Shown here: positions 16,410-25,598 of the stretch, piece by piece
Layout: each line of letters begins with the position of its first letter
Numbering within the stretch: the stretch's first letter is position 1
From: Bacillota bacterium
GTDB taxonomy: Bacteria > Bacillota > Sulfobacillia > JAMCWA01
NCBI GenBank assembly: GCA_023475165.1
Contig: JAMCWA010000029.1
Coordinates: forward strand, 1,950 to 65,949
Length of the DNA: 64,000 nucleotides
Direction of reading: 5' to 3'
Position numbers and translations under genes: made by a program
The notes under the pieces: generated by a model
Databases searched by the model: none
Told to the model about the DNA's origin: nothing
The model's input: only the letters and a program-made list of their open reading frames with translations

Positions 16410-17315
16410 TTGCAGCTTAGTATTGGGACGGCCAGGTACGTCGATGAACTGCGAGAGCGGTTGGGTTACGAATTCCGCTCTCTAGAACGAGAGGGGCTAA
16501 GTGTTGATAAGGCCGAGACAAGCCGGGGAAACTTGACCTTCCTCGGATACGATATCAGAAGGAATGAGCGGACGAAGTACAGCCAGGATGACATTAATGC
16601 CCTACTGAAGCATTACGTCGCCAACACCGTCTCTGACATTATCGTCAGTGATTGGGAGGATTTCCTTCTCAAAAAGATCATTAAAGAAAACTACTATTAC
16701 TTGAGTAAGGAGGAACAGGAGGCCATCCTCAAGCATGTTGGCGAGGGCTCGGAATGCCCTGATCGGGACTTTTATGTGCGAATGTCTCGGAAAACCAGGG
16801 TCCTGAACCAACTCCTGGAATTTTTTCGCTCCAATAATGAACTCGTGGTGGAGGGTTTCTTGACCTTTCGTCTCAAGGACTATTTGGAGGAACTGGAAGA
16901 AGTCGTCGACCGGGCGGTAGACGATTTTCTGATGGAAAAGGAGTATAAAGAGTTCGTCCGTCTCCTGAAGTATTTTGTAGATATTCAGGAGCCCAGGGAA
17001 GCTGAAGTGAACATATTCTTCCTTCCGGAGGGTGGCTTTCATCTCTTGGACAAAAGCTTTAACGAGATTAAGAGTGAAAGCCTAAGCGAATTCATGGTAA
17101 GCGGAATAGGTGAAAACGAGGTGGAATTCGAAGACGTTCTCATCAGCTCGCTGATCACCCTTTCCCCTTTGCGAATCATCTTGCATTCACCTCCCCAAGA
17201 AGAACGTTTCAGTCTGGAAACCATCAAGGCCGTCTTCGGCGAGAGGGTAAGTACTTGCCGGAACTGTTCCCGTTGCAAGGCGGCGGTGGAAAAGGTTCCG
17301 CAAAAGGAGAGATAG
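16410..17315 (+). CDS. ytxC: Sporulation protein YtxC-like
   Basis: Acidic ~300-aa protein immediately upstream of thrS, the conserved Bacillus ytxC-thrS arrangement. TTG 16410 lies 8 nt after AAAGGAG (GTG 16401 abuts the SD). Family assignment is by synteny and composition. Confidence 0.6.
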   Translation: MQLSIGTARYVDELRERLGYEFRSLEREGLSVDKAETSRGNLTFLGYDIRRNERTKYSQDDINALLKHYVANTVSDIIVSDWEDFLLKKIIKENYYYLSKEEQEAILKHVGEGSECPDRDFYVRMSRKTRVLNQLLEFFRSNNELVVEGFLTFRLKDYLEELEEVVDRAVDDFLMEKEYKEFVRLLKYFVDIQEPREAEVNIFFLPEGGFHLLDKSFNEIKSESLSEFMVSGIGENEVEFEDVLISSLITLSPLRIILHSPPQEERFSLETIKAVFGERVSTCRNCSRCKAAVEKVPQKER

Positions 17316-17550
17316 TTTTCTTCATCGGATCCTCCGTTTTTCTCAAACGGATATCCTTGCGCAACCAGTTGCTTCCTTTGCCGAGAGCGGCGCGTTTCTC
17401 TCGGCCTTTTCTTTTGGTACAATGGGGACGAGCCCGCCGGAGCGACAAGGTAGATGGGGTTTCAAGCCGTCTCCCGGGAGCCCTCGCGCCTCTGGACACC
17501 AACCAGGATGCAAAAAGGTGAGACATTCCCTTAAAGCAGGTGAAGCTGGC

Positions 17551-18153
17551 GTGCTACCGGAGTATTTTCTCATTCCTATAGTTGGGGCCTTCATCGGCTG
17601 GGTCACGAATCTCCTGGCCATTAAGCTGATCTTTTGGCCCCTGCAACCCATCGAGGTCCCCCTGGCGGGAATAACCATCCAGGGGCTCTTACCCAGGCGC
17701 CGCAAGGAGATGGCCCGTCTTATCGGCGTGACCCTGGAAAAGGAGGTTCTCTCCACCCAAACTATCTTCCGCAGCCTGGTCAACGATTCTCTGCGACAAG
17801 ACATCACCGATGGGATAGGGGAAGCCATCCGCAAAAGGCTTCAGGCCAGGTTTCCCGTTTTTTTGCCCCGCGGACTTACTGAAGGGCTGATTAATTATAT
17901 TACCGGCCTGGCCCGCCGCGAGACGGCCGCCTTCTTGGACGAATCACTGGACGACCTGAGCCGTCAAGCCAGGGAATCATTTCATCTGGGGGAGATGGTG
18001 GAGGAGCGTCTAAACAGCCTTGATTTAGACGCTTTAGAGGGTCTGGTGGTCAAACTGGCCGCTTCTGAGCTGCGGCATATTGAAATCTTGGGCGGGGTCT
18101 TGGGGTTCATCATCGGGATGATTCAGGTGATCTTTCTCGCTTTGACCAGATGA
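17551..18153 (+). CDS. DUF445-family membrane protein
   Basis: The N-terminus from GTG 17551 (after AGGTGA) reads VLPEYFLIPIVGAFIGWVTNLLAIKLIFWP, the DUF445 signature. C-terminal TM GGVLGFIIGMIQVIF. The longer ORF from 17422 is Arg/Pro-rich and unlikely to be coding. Confidence 0.7.
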   Translation: MLPEYFLIPIVGAFIGWVTNLLAIKLIFWPLQPIEVPLAGITIQGLLPRRRKEMARLIGVTLEKEVLSTQTIFRSLVNDSLRQDITDGIGEAIRKRLQARFPVFLPRGLTEGLINYITGLARRETAAFLDESLDDLSRQARESFHLGEMVEERLNSLDLDALEGLVVKLAASELRHIEILGGVLGFIIGMIQVIFLALTR

Positions 18154-18174
18154 CATTCAGGGCCTTCCAAAGCC

Positions 18175-18202
18175 TTGACTTTGCTTCGGAGTATTGTATA
18201 AT
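18175..18202 (+). promoter_or_regulatory. Sigma-A promoter of the thrS leader
   Basis: TTGACT (18175-18180), 16-nt spacer, TATAAT (18197-18202). Confidence 0.6.
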
Positions 18203-18209
18203 CAAAGGA

Positions 18210-18530
18210 AATGTGACATCATACTTATGGCGATGATCGGGAAAGTAACTCTTTTCAGACCTAGCAGAGAAGAGGGCCGCTGGCTGAAAGCCCTCAGGCA
18301 GAGGAAAGAGCGAAAACCACCCGAGAGCCGGAGGATGAACGGGATCGCCTGCACAGATCTCGCCAGGGGTCTTTAAGGGCGGAGCGAGTCCCCTGCAGGC
18401 AGTTGACCAACGCGGTCTCCTACTAAATCCTCCCGGATGGTCCCGTTAAAGGCCGACGAGTGGATCCTTTTTCGGATCAAACAGGGTGGAACCGCGGTCA
18501 GCAACCGTCCCTATCGGGGCGGTTTTTTGT
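18210..18530 (+). promoter_or_regulatory. T-box riboswitch, Thr specifier (ACC)
   Basis: Stem I start GCGATGATCGGGAAAGTA. Specifier-loop GAAAACCA with ACC at 18316-18318. T-box AGGGTGGAACCGCG at 18483-18496. Terminator CCGTCCC-TATC-GGGGCGG plus T6 (18504-18528). Confidence 0.9.
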
Positions 18531-18564
18531 TTGAGATCATTGTACTCGGCGAGCTATGCGTCAA

Positions 18565-18620
18565 GCAGATGGGGTTCTTTCAGCGGTCTACCCTGAAACA
18601 AACCAGCTACTTCCAGGGCG
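18565..18620. repeat. Repeat-family fragment between the T-box terminator and the thrS start
   Basis: GCAGATGGGGTTCTTTCAGCGGTCTACC resembles CGCAGATGGGTGTTTTTCAGCGGTCTCC (50945-50974). The following CCTGAAACAAACCAGCTACTTCCAGGGCG is the reverse complement of 36555-36583. Confidence 0.7.
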
Positions 18621-18695
18621 CCGTTGCTGTTTCATACTTTTTGGCGCCGCCAAAAGGCGGCAGGGGGATCTCCTAGATCAAAGGAGGGGTCTTTC

Positions 18696-20627
18696 ATGTC
18701 AACTATCAAGATTCGTTTTCCCGACGGCCAGGAGAAAGAATACCCTGAAGGGGTGACGGCAGGGGAGATAGCCGAAGGCCTGGGGGCTGGGCTGGCTCGG
18801 GCGGCTCTGGCGGCCCTCATTGACGGCGAGATGGTGGATCTTTCTCGCCCCCTGTCCCAGACTGGGGAGATTCGTCTTTTGACCTTCGATGATCCAGAAG
18901 GGAGGGAGGTCTTGCGGCATAGTACCTCCCACGTCATGGCTCAGGCCGTCCAGCACCTCTTCCCTGGGGTCAAACTGGCTATCGGACCGGCCATTGAAGA
19001 TGGTTTCTACTATGACTTTGATGTTCCGCAGCCCTTCACCCCGGAAGATCTCACTCGTATTGAAGAGGAGATGGGGCGGATCATTGCGGCCGATTACCCT
19101 TTCCTGCGGGAGGAGGTCAGCCGGGAGGAGGCCCTGCGCCTGTTTGCGGAGCGGGGAGAAAAGTACAAGGTGGAACTCATCGTCGATCTTCCGGCCGGGG
19201 AGCCCATCTCCCTCTACCGGCAGGGGGACTTCCTCGACCTCTGCGCTGGTCCCCACATCCCATCCACCGGAAAGGTCAAGCACTTCAAGCTTCTGAGCGT
19301 AGCTGGGGCCTACTGGCGGGGGGACGAAAAGCGTCCCATGCTGCAAAGGATCTATGGAACTGTTTTTGCCAAGAAGAGCGACTTGGAGGAGTATCTTCGT
19401 CGCCTCGAGGAAGCCAAGAGAAGGGACCACCGCCGTCTGGGGCGGGAGCTGGACCTTTTCAGCCTGCAAGAGGAGGCTGGTCCGGGATTGGTCTTTTGGC
19501 ACCCTAAAGGGGGTCTGGTCCGCCAGTTGATCGAGGACTTCTGGCGCGCTGAGCACCGGCGCCGTGGGTATGAGATCGTTTTTTCCCCGCACATCGCGAA
19601 GCTTGACCTTTGGAAGATCAGTGGGCACTGGAGCTGGTACAAAGAGAACATGTACTCCCCCATCAATATCGATGAGGTGGAGTACCTCCTGAAGCCTATG
19701 AACTGTCCTTTCCACATCCTGATGTATAAATCGGCCACCCGGAGCTATCGGGACCTGCCCTTGCGCTGGGGGGAACTGGGAACCGTTTATCGCTACGAGC
19801 GCTCCGGGGTGCTGCACGGCCTCCTGCGGGTGCGCGGCTTTACCCAGGACGATGCCCACCTCTTTGTCCGTCCGGACCAGCTCAAGGATGAACTGGTGGG
19901 GGTCATTGATTTGGCGCAGTTTATGATGGAATCGTTCGGCTATCAGAACTATGAACTCATGCTTTCCGTCCGCGACCCAGAGAACAAGACCAAGTATATT
20001 GGCAGCGATGAGGTCTGGGAGATGGCGGAAAAGGCCCTGGTAGGAGCGCTCCAGACCAAGGGTCTCCCCTACGTCCTGGGCGAGGGGGAAGCCAAATTCT
20101 ACGGACCGGCCATCGACATCACCCTGAAGGACGCCCTGGGGCGAGGGTGGCAGGGTCCCACCATTCAGGTGGACTTCAATCTGCCGGAACGCTTTGATCT
20201 GGCCTATATCGGCGAGGACGGTCAACCGCACCGGCCGGTGATGATCCACCGGACAGTTCTTGGTTCCATGGAACGTTTCATGGGCGGACTGATCGAACAT
20301 TACGCCGGGGCCTTCCCCCTCTGGCTAGCGCCGGTTCAGGCCCGGCTTTTGCCCATCACCGAGCGGCATCATGAATATGCCTATTCCGTCCAGAAAAGGT
20401 TGCAGGAAGCCGGACTGCGGGTCGAGGTGGACCCGCGTAGCGAAAAGGTGGGCTACAAGATCCGCCAGGCTGAGATGGAGAAAGTCCCCTATATGCTGGT
20501 AGTGGGCGATAAGGAAAGAGACCTGGGCCAGGTGGCCGTCCGGCAGCGACAGCAGGGTGATCTTGGCCCCATGGGGGTTGAGGACTTCCTCAGCAAAGCC
20601 CGGGCGGAAATCGGGGAGAAAAGATAG
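18696..20627 (+). CDS. thrS: Threonyl-tRNA synthetase
   Basis: RBS AAAGGAGGGG, ATG 18696 (MSTIKIRFPDGQ). TGS, editing and class II core motifs (HRRLGRELDLF, FRAEHRRRGY, GFTQDDAHLF). Confidence 0.97.
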   Translation: MSTIKIRFPDGQEKEYPEGVTAGEIAEGLGAGLARAALAALIDGEMVDLSRPLSQTGEIRLLTFDDPEGREVLRHSTSHVMAQAVQHLFPGVKLAIGPAIEDGFYYDFDVPQPFTPEDLTRIEEEMGRIIAADYPFLREEVSREEALRLFAERGEKYKVELIVDLPAGEPISLYRQGDFLDLCAGPHIPSTGKVKHFKLLSVAGAYWRGDEKRPMLQRIYGTVFAKKSDLEEYLRRLEEAKRRDHRRLGRELDLFSLQEEAGPGLVFWHPKGGLVRQLIEDFWRAEHRRRGYEIVFSPHIAKLDLWKISGHWSWYKENMYSPINIDEVEYLLKPMNCPFHILMYKSATRSYRDLPLRWGELGTVYRYERSGVLHGLLRVRGFTQDDAHLFVRPDQLKDELVGVIDLAQFMMESFGYQNYELMLSVRDPENKTKYIGSDEVWEMAEKALVGALQTKGLPYVLGEGEAKFYGPAIDITLKDALGRGWQGPTIQVDFNLPERFDLAYIGEDGQPHRPVMIHRTVLGSMERFMGGLIEHYAGAFPLWLAPVQARLLPITERHHEYAYSVQKRLQEAGLRVEVDPRSEKVGYKIRQAEMEKVPYMLVVGDKERDLGQVAVRQRQQGDLGPMGVEDFLSKARAEIGEKR

Positions 20628-20650
20628 CCTGGTTTCGCCGGCGTTTATCT

Positions 20651-20735
20651 CTAGGAGACCGCTAAAAAACACCCATCTGCGGTGTCGATTAGCGGCCCCG
20701 ATGCTCCGGCCAGGGGTCTCTTCGAGTGACTCAAT
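20651..20735. repeat. Repeat-family fragment (inverted orientation) downstream of thrS
   Basis: CTAGGAGACCGCTAAAAAACACCCATCTGCGGTG is the reverse complement of the module at 50941-50974. Confidence 0.7.
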
Positions 20736-20793
20736 GGAGGCTGCTCTTTTCAGGGGTGATTTTGAACAAGACCATGAAAAAAGCCTTGCGCCG

Positions 20794-20823
20794 TTGACTG
20801 GTCTTGACGCCTCATGTTATAAT
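20794..20823 (+). promoter_or_regulatory. Sigma-A promoter of the infC-rpmI-rplT operon
   Basis: TTGACT (20794-20799), 18-nt spacer with TGT, TATAAT (20818-20823). Confidence 0.6.
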
Positions 20824-20829
20824 CTAGAA

Positions 20830-20970
20830 GAGTTCTAAGCAGAAGCCATCCGCTTCTCACCTTACGACCACTGGTTGTCAGGGTTTCTTCGAAAAGGTAG
20901 CGCCGGTCCTCCTGGATCTCGATTTACCTTTTGATCTTTAAGCGGGTGGTAAGCCCGCTTTCTATTTTTT
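20830..20970 (+). promoter_or_regulatory. Leader with intrinsic terminator in front of infC (L20-leader-type attenuator)
   Basis: Hairpin AGCGGG-TGGTAAG-CCCGCT plus TTCTATTTTTT (20940-20970) lies immediately before the infC SD. Position and architecture match the Firmicute L20 autoregulatory leader. The L20-binding fold itself was not verified. Confidence 0.5.
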
Positions 20971-20984
20971 GGAGGTGAAAAACA

Positions 20985-21584
20985 ATCAGTAAAGACTTAC
21001 GGGTCAATGAAGCGATCAGGGTCCGGGAGGTCAGACTGGTGGATAGCACCGGCGAACAGCTGGGCATAATCCCTCTCAGAGAGGCCTTGCGCCTGGCTTC
21101 AGACCGGGGTTTAGACCTGGTGGAAGTGGCTCCCACGGCCCGACCGCCCGTCTGCCGGATCATGGACTATGGCAAGTTCAAATACGAGCAGAGCAAGAAG
21201 GAAAAAGAGGCCCGTAAAAAACAGAAGGTCTTTGATGTTAAGGAACTCAAGATCCGGCCTAACATCGATGACCACGATTTCGAAGTGCGGGTGCGTAATA
21301 CTGAGCGCTTTCTTTTGGACGGGGATAAGGTCAAGCTGATAATGATTTTCCGGGGCCGGGAGATTGCCCATGCCAATTTGGGGCGTCAGGTCCTGGAGAA
21401 GTTGGCGCAAAGGGTGGCTGAAGTGGGGTTGATAGAACGTCCGCCCAAGATTGAGGGCCGGAATATGATCATGATCCTGACACCGAAAAGCCAGCCCCGG
21501 GAGCCGGTTAGAGAGCCAGTTAAGGAACAACCCAAGGAGACGGTCGGCTCGTCCGAAAAAGTACCTACAATTGAGGGAAGGTGA
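20985..21584 (+). CDS. infC: Translation initiation factor IF-3, non-canonical ATC start
   Basis: The conserved N-terminus [20 protein letters not shown] is encoded upstream of the first ATG/GTG/TTG. ATC 20985 lies 9 nt after GGAGGTG. IF-3 genes classically use AUU-class starts. Confidence 0.9.
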   Translation: MSKDLRVNEAIRVREVRLVDSTGEQLGIIPLREALRLASDRGLDLVEVAPTARPPVCRIMDYGKFKYEQSKKEKEARKKQKVFDVKELKIRPNIDDHDFEVRVRNTERFLLDGDKVKLIMIFRGREIAHANLGRQVLEKLAQRVAEVGLIERPPKIEGRNMIMILTPKSQPREPVREPVKEQPKETVGSSEKVPTIEGR

Positions 21585-21589
21585 GTTGT

Positions 21590-21787
21590 TTGCCTAAAAT
21601 GAAGACGCACCGGGGGGCAGCCAAACGTTTTAAGGTTTCGGCCACCGGGAAGATCATACGGCGCAAGGGATACAAGAGCCATATTCTCGAGAAAAAGAGC
21701 GCCAAACGCCGGCGTAATCTTGGTCAAGCGGCCGTGGTAAGTTCAGGGGACGAAAAACGGGTTAAGAAGCTACTCCCTTACGCCTAG
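21590..21787 (+). CDS. rpmI: 50S ribosomal protein L35
   Basis: TTG 21590 gives [15 protein letters not shown], the canonical L35 N-terminus. RBS GAGGGAAGGTGAG. Confidence 0.95.
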   Translation: MPKMKTHRGAAKRFKVSATGKIIRRKGYKSHILEKKSAKRRRNLGQAAVVSSGDEKRVKKLLPYA

Positions 21788-21798
21788 GAAGCGGCTTG

Positions 21799-21957
21799 GG
21801 AACCGCGGTTTCAGCGGTCTTTTAGGAGTGTGCTGACGAACTGCGTTTTGCGTGGTTAGCCCGCCCGAGCAAAGCCGCTAAGTTTGGGCGCTTGACGGCG
21901 ATTGTGCTTCTGGCGGCTTTAGCCCAATCGTTAGGTCGAGACCGCTCAAAAACCGCG
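21799..21957 (+). repeat. Repeat-family copy inserted between rpmI and rplT
   Basis: GGTTTCAGCGGTCTTTT, then GCTGACGAACTGCGTTTTGCGTGGTTAGCCCGCCCGAG (21832-21869), CTGGCGGCTTTAGCCCAATC, GAGACCGCTCAAAAACC. It is collinear with 50743-50810 and with the reverse complement of 42680-42796. Confidence 0.85.
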
Positions 21958-21991
21958 TCTTAAATGTCCAGTCATGAGGAGGTTTTGATGT

Positions 21992-22345
21992 ATGGCCAGG
22001 GTCAAAAAAGGGGTTACCGCCCATAAGAGACATAAGAAAATTCTAAAGCTGGCTAAGGGTTTTTGGGGTACTAAGAGTAAACTGTTCCGACCGGCCAATG
22101 AGGCCGTCTTGCACGCCCTGTCTTACGCTTTTCGCGACCGGCGAGCCGTCAAACGCGAATTCCGGAAGCTTTGGATCGCCAGGATCAATGCGGCGGCCAG
22201 GAGCAACGGCATCTCTTACAGTCGACTGATCAATGGCCTTAAGAAGGCTGGGGTTGAGATCAATCGCAAGATGCTGGCCGAGTTGGCGGTGCATGACGCC
22301 TCGGCCTTCAGCCAGATTGTAGAGAAGGCCAAGGGTGGTTTTTGA
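21992..22345 (+). CDS. rplT: 50S ribosomal protein L20
   Basis: [24 protein letters not shown]...; RBS GAGGAGG. Confidence 0.97.
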   Translation: MARVKKGVTAHKRHKKILKLAKGFWGTKSKLFRPANEAVLHALSYAFRDRRAVKREFRKLWIARINAAARSNGISYSRLINGLKKAGVEINRKMLAELAVHDASAFSQIVEKAKGGF

Positions 22346-22609
22346 GGATAACCGGCGATAGGAGATGGCCAGGCCGTCTTTGGCAGCGCTGTCGTCCATC
22401 CGCCATCCTCCACCATCCAGGCGACTGCCAATTTGCTGGTTTGTTTGAGGGCAGGGTAGACGCAGGTCACCAGAGCGGGAACCGGCGAGCGACCAGTCAG
22501 CAAAGCCGATTGCTTGGAGAGAGCCAGTTGAGAGAGAACGAAAAGGCCTGCATTCGGGCCTTTTGGTTCTTTACACAACCTTTCTTGCCTCTAGGAGGGA
22601 GACTAACCG

Positions 22610-23257
22610 GTGCGTCAGTTTGTGGTGATTGGATTAGGTCGCTTCGGTTCCAGCGTGGCCAAGACGCTCCATGCCATGGGCTATGAAGTTTTGGGGGTGG
22701 ACAACCATTCCGATAGGATCCAGGGGGCCGCTTCTTACCTGACTCATGTGGTCCAGGCCGATGCCACCGACGAGGAGGTCCTGAAGAACCTGGGAATCCG
22801 GAATTTCGATTGCGCGGTAGTCAGCATCGGGGAAGATATCCAGGCCAGCATCCTGGTCACCGTTCTCTTAAAGGAGATGGGGATCAAGTACGTTGTAGCC
22901 AAGGCCTTGAACGATCTGCACGCCAAGGTGCTGAGCAAGATCGGGGCCGATCGGATCGTTTTTCCGGAGCGCGAGATGGGGGCCAGGGTGGCTCACAACC
23001 TGGTATCTTCCCATGTGCTGGACTATATCCAGCTTTCCCCGGACCATAACATCGTTGAGGTGGAAGCAAGCCCGGACTGGAACGGGAAAACCTTACGGCA
23101 CCTGAATTTCCGGTCGCGGTTTGGGGTAAACGTCCTGGCCATCAAGCGCGGTAAACAGATCAACGTTTCACCCACGGCGGACGATGTGGTAATGGCCGGG
23201 GATATCCTGGTGGTCGTCGGGGAGACCGACAATCTGCGCCGTTTGGAGGAGTACTAG
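22610..23257 (+). CDS. ktrA: Potassium uptake peripheral subunit KtrA/TrkA (RCK domain)
   Basis: RBS GGAGGGAG, GTG start. GLGRFGSSVAKTL Rossmann motif and a C-terminal TrkA_C domain; 215 aa. Confidence 0.9.
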   Translation: MRQFVVIGLGRFGSSVAKTLHAMGYEVLGVDNHSDRIQGAASYLTHVVQADATDEEVLKNLGIRNFDCAVVSIGEDIQASILVTVLLKEMGIKYVVAKALNDLHAKVLSKIGADRIVFPEREMGARVAHNLVSSHVLDYIQLSPDHNIVEVEASPDWNGKTLRHLNFRSRFGVNVLAIKRGKQINVSPTADDVVMAGDILVVVGETDNLRRLEEY

Positions 23258-23262
23258 GCCGC

Positions 23263-24615
23263 ATGGAACTCTTCCATTTCAGAATCGTTCAGGGAATTAG
23301 GCTTACCCCACCCCGGATCCTGGCTTTTGGTTTTGCCGGAGTGATCCTGCTGGGAAGCTTTTTACTGACGCTCCCCGCCGCGGCCCGGGCCGGCCAGGGC
23401 ACCTCGTATCTGGATGCCCTCTTCACGGCTACGTCGGCGACCTGTGTCACCGGGCTGGTGGTGGTGGATACCGGCAGCCACTATTCCCTTTTCGGGCAGT
23501 TGGTGATCCTTTCATTAATCCAGGTGGGTGGGCTGGGGATCATGACCATGGCCACCCTCTACGCCCTGATGATCGGGAAACGAATCACCTTGCGGGAACG
23601 ATTGGCGATTCAAGAATCTTTAGGACAATTCAAAGTGGCTGGGGTGGTGAGACTGACCCGGGCGATCATCCTCATCACCCTGGTCGCCGAGGCGCTGGGA
23701 AGTCTCATTCTTTTCTTCCGCTTCCTGTCTGACTATAGGCTGGCAAAGGCGCTATATTTTGCGGTATTCCATACCGTTTCGGCCTTTAATAACGCCGGTT
23801 TTGACCTTTTCGGCACCAGCCTGATGGGTTACGTGGGAGACCCGGTGGTGATCCTGACGATGTCCGTCCTCATCATCACCGGAGGTCTGGGATTCACCGT
23901 GGTCTATGAACTCTTGGGCCAGTTTAGACAAAGGCATAGCCTCTCTTTGCACAGTAAAGTAGTCTTGAAGACGACGGTCCTCCTTTTAGTCTTGGGGACT
24001 GTCTTCATTTTCCTCTTTGAGTACAGGAACCCATCTACCCTGGCCTCCCTGGATTGGAAGGGCAAGCTATTGGGGGCCTTCTTCCACTCCGTCACCCCCA
24101 GGACGGCGGGCTTTAACTCGCTGCCTACCGGGAAGCTGACACAAGCTACGCTCTTTTTAACGATACTGCTCATGTTCATCGGGGGTTCACCCGCCGGAAC
24201 CGCCGGTGGGATCAAGACCTCCACCTTCGCCACCATTCTGCTGGCGGTATGGATCAACATCAGAGGCAGGACCGATCTGGAGATTTTCCGCCGGCGCCTT
24301 CCCCACGAAATAGTGGCCAAGGCCCTGGTCCTCATGGTTTTGGCGATGCTGCTCGTGGGCGGCATGACATTACTCTTACTTTTGACGGAGCACTGGCCTT
24401 TCCTGGATCTGGCCTTTGAGACCGTTTCCGCTTTCGGTACCGTCGGACTTTCCACGGGGGTTACCCCCAGCCTGAGCCCCATGGGTAAGCTCGTCACAAT
24501 CCTCACCATGTATGCCGGCCGGGTTGGTCCCCTGACCCTGGCCATGGCCCTGGCCCAACAGGGCCAGAAGCCTACTGACATCAGATTGCCGGAGGAAAGG
24601 ATCCTAATCGGTTGA
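23263..24615 (+). CDS. ktrB: Potassium transporter KtrB/TrkH family membrane subunit
   Basis: 450 aa, polytopic, with selectivity-filter-like TGLVVVDTG, NAGFDL, RTAGFNS and STGVTPSLS repeats. Confidence 0.9.
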   Translation: MELFHFRIVQGIRLTPPRILAFGFAGVILLGSFLLTLPAAARAGQGTSYLDALFTATSATCVTGLVVVDTGSHYSLFGQLVILSLIQVGGLGIMTMATLYALMIGKRITLRERLAIQESLGQFKVAGVVRLTRAIILITLVAEALGSLILFFRFLSDYRLAKALYFAVFHTVSAFNNAGFDLFGTSLMGYVGDPVVILTMSVLIITGGLGFTVVYELLGQFRQRHSLSLHSKVVLKTTVLLLVLGTVFIFLFEYRNPSTLASLDWKGKLLGAFFHSVTPRTAGFNSLPTGKLTQATLFLTILLMFIGGSPAGTAGGIKTSTFATILLAVWINIRGRTDLEIFRRRLPHEIVAKALVLMVLAMLLVGGMTLLLLLTEHWPFLDLAFETVSAFGTVGLSTGVTPSLSPMGKLVTILTMYAGRVGPLTLAMALAQQGQKPTDIRLPEERILIG

Positions 24616-24697
24616 GGAGACCGAACCTGGAGAGGCAACTATCTCCGGCTATCGCGTGGTCGGAGGAAAGAATCCTGATCGGTTGAGGAGACCGACC
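24590..24697 (+). repeat. Direct duplication of the ktrB 3' end, stop codon included (37 bp, 34/37 identical, offset 71 bp)
   Basis: CGGAGGAAAGGATCCTAATCGGTTGAGGAGACCGAAC (24590-24626) versus CGGAGGAAAGAATCCTGATCGGTTGAGGAGACCGACC (24661-24697). Confidence 0.9.
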
Positions 24698-24821
24698 GGG
24701 GCTTTCCGCCCAGATTGTGACTGCGGCGGGGCGACTGGAGCAGCCTTGGGACCCAGATAATGGAGCAACTACAGTGCCTGGCAAGAGGTGAGGGACACCT
24801 CTTGAAAGGAGGCGTGACGCC

Positions 24822-25493
24822 TTGGGGAAAAAGGAGTTTGCCGTCCTTGGCCTGGGCCGTTTTGGTTCCAGCGTCGCCACAACCCTGACCCGGTTGGGTT
24901 ATCCTACTCTGGGGGCAGATAGGGACGAGGCCGTCGTCAACGAACTTTCCTCATTCCTGCCGCGGATTGTGCAGGCTGATACCACGAGGGAAGATGTGCT
25001 TTCCTCAATGAACCTGAAGGATTGCGCCGCGGTTATCATCGGAATTGGATCCTTTCAGGAAAGTGTCATTACGGCGGTTCGCGTCAAGCGCCTGGGTGTC
25101 AACCACATCCTGGCCAAGGCCTATGATGAAGTGCATAGTCAGGTGCTCAAAGAGATAGGGGTAGATCGGATCGTCTGCCCGGAAAAGGAGATGGGGGCGC
25201 GGGTAGCCTTGGGCCTGGTGTCGCCCAGCATCGTTGACTACATTGAACTTTCTCCGGAATTGGGCGTATTGGATGTTACCATCGGGGAAGGTTTCGCGGG
25301 CAAGAGCTTGCGGCAACTGCGCCTGCCCGAGCGTTTCGGGGTCAATGTTGTTGCGGTGAAGCGGGGCAAGAGGATTGAAATCACCCTTCCCCCGGACGAG
25401 TCTTTGCAGGTTGGCGACATCCTGGCTCTCATCGGCGAAAGGCAAGGTATTAACCGGCTCTCGGTGGAGTTGGAAGGGAAGCTGGGGGCGTAA
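24822..25493 (+). CDS. Second KtrA/TrkA-type RCK subunit
   Basis: TTG 24822 lies 8 nt after GAAAGGAGG. GLGRFGSSVATTL; paralogous to 22610..23257 along its full length. Confidence 0.85.
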   Translation: MGKKEFAVLGLGRFGSSVATTLTRLGYPTLGADRDEAVVNELSSFLPRIVQADTTREDVLSSMNLKDCAAVIIGIGSFQESVITAVRVKRLGVNHILAKAYDEVHSQVLKEIGVDRIVCPEKEMGARVALGLVSPSIVDYIELSPELGVLDVTIGEGFAGKSLRQLRLPERFGVNVVAVKRGKRIEITLPPDESLQVGDILALIGERQGINRLSVELEGKLGA

Positions 25494-25598
25494 GCGGGCG
25501 TTTTGTTTGGATAGGAGGCCGCTTGGAAACAGCGGTGGACTTGGCCAACTCGGCGGAGAGAACGACAATCCGGTGCCCAATGCTTTGGGGGAAAGCTC

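Noticed and set aside
22346-22609. Possible c-di-AMP (ydaO-type) riboswitch upstream of ktrA, as in Bacillus ktrAB.
   Set aside because: I could not find the conserved ydaO elements (paired GGGGA/CCCA and ..GGGGTGAATC.. / CCGAA segments). Only a weak rplT terminator (22541-22564) is evident. A covariance-model scan would be needed to exclude it fully.
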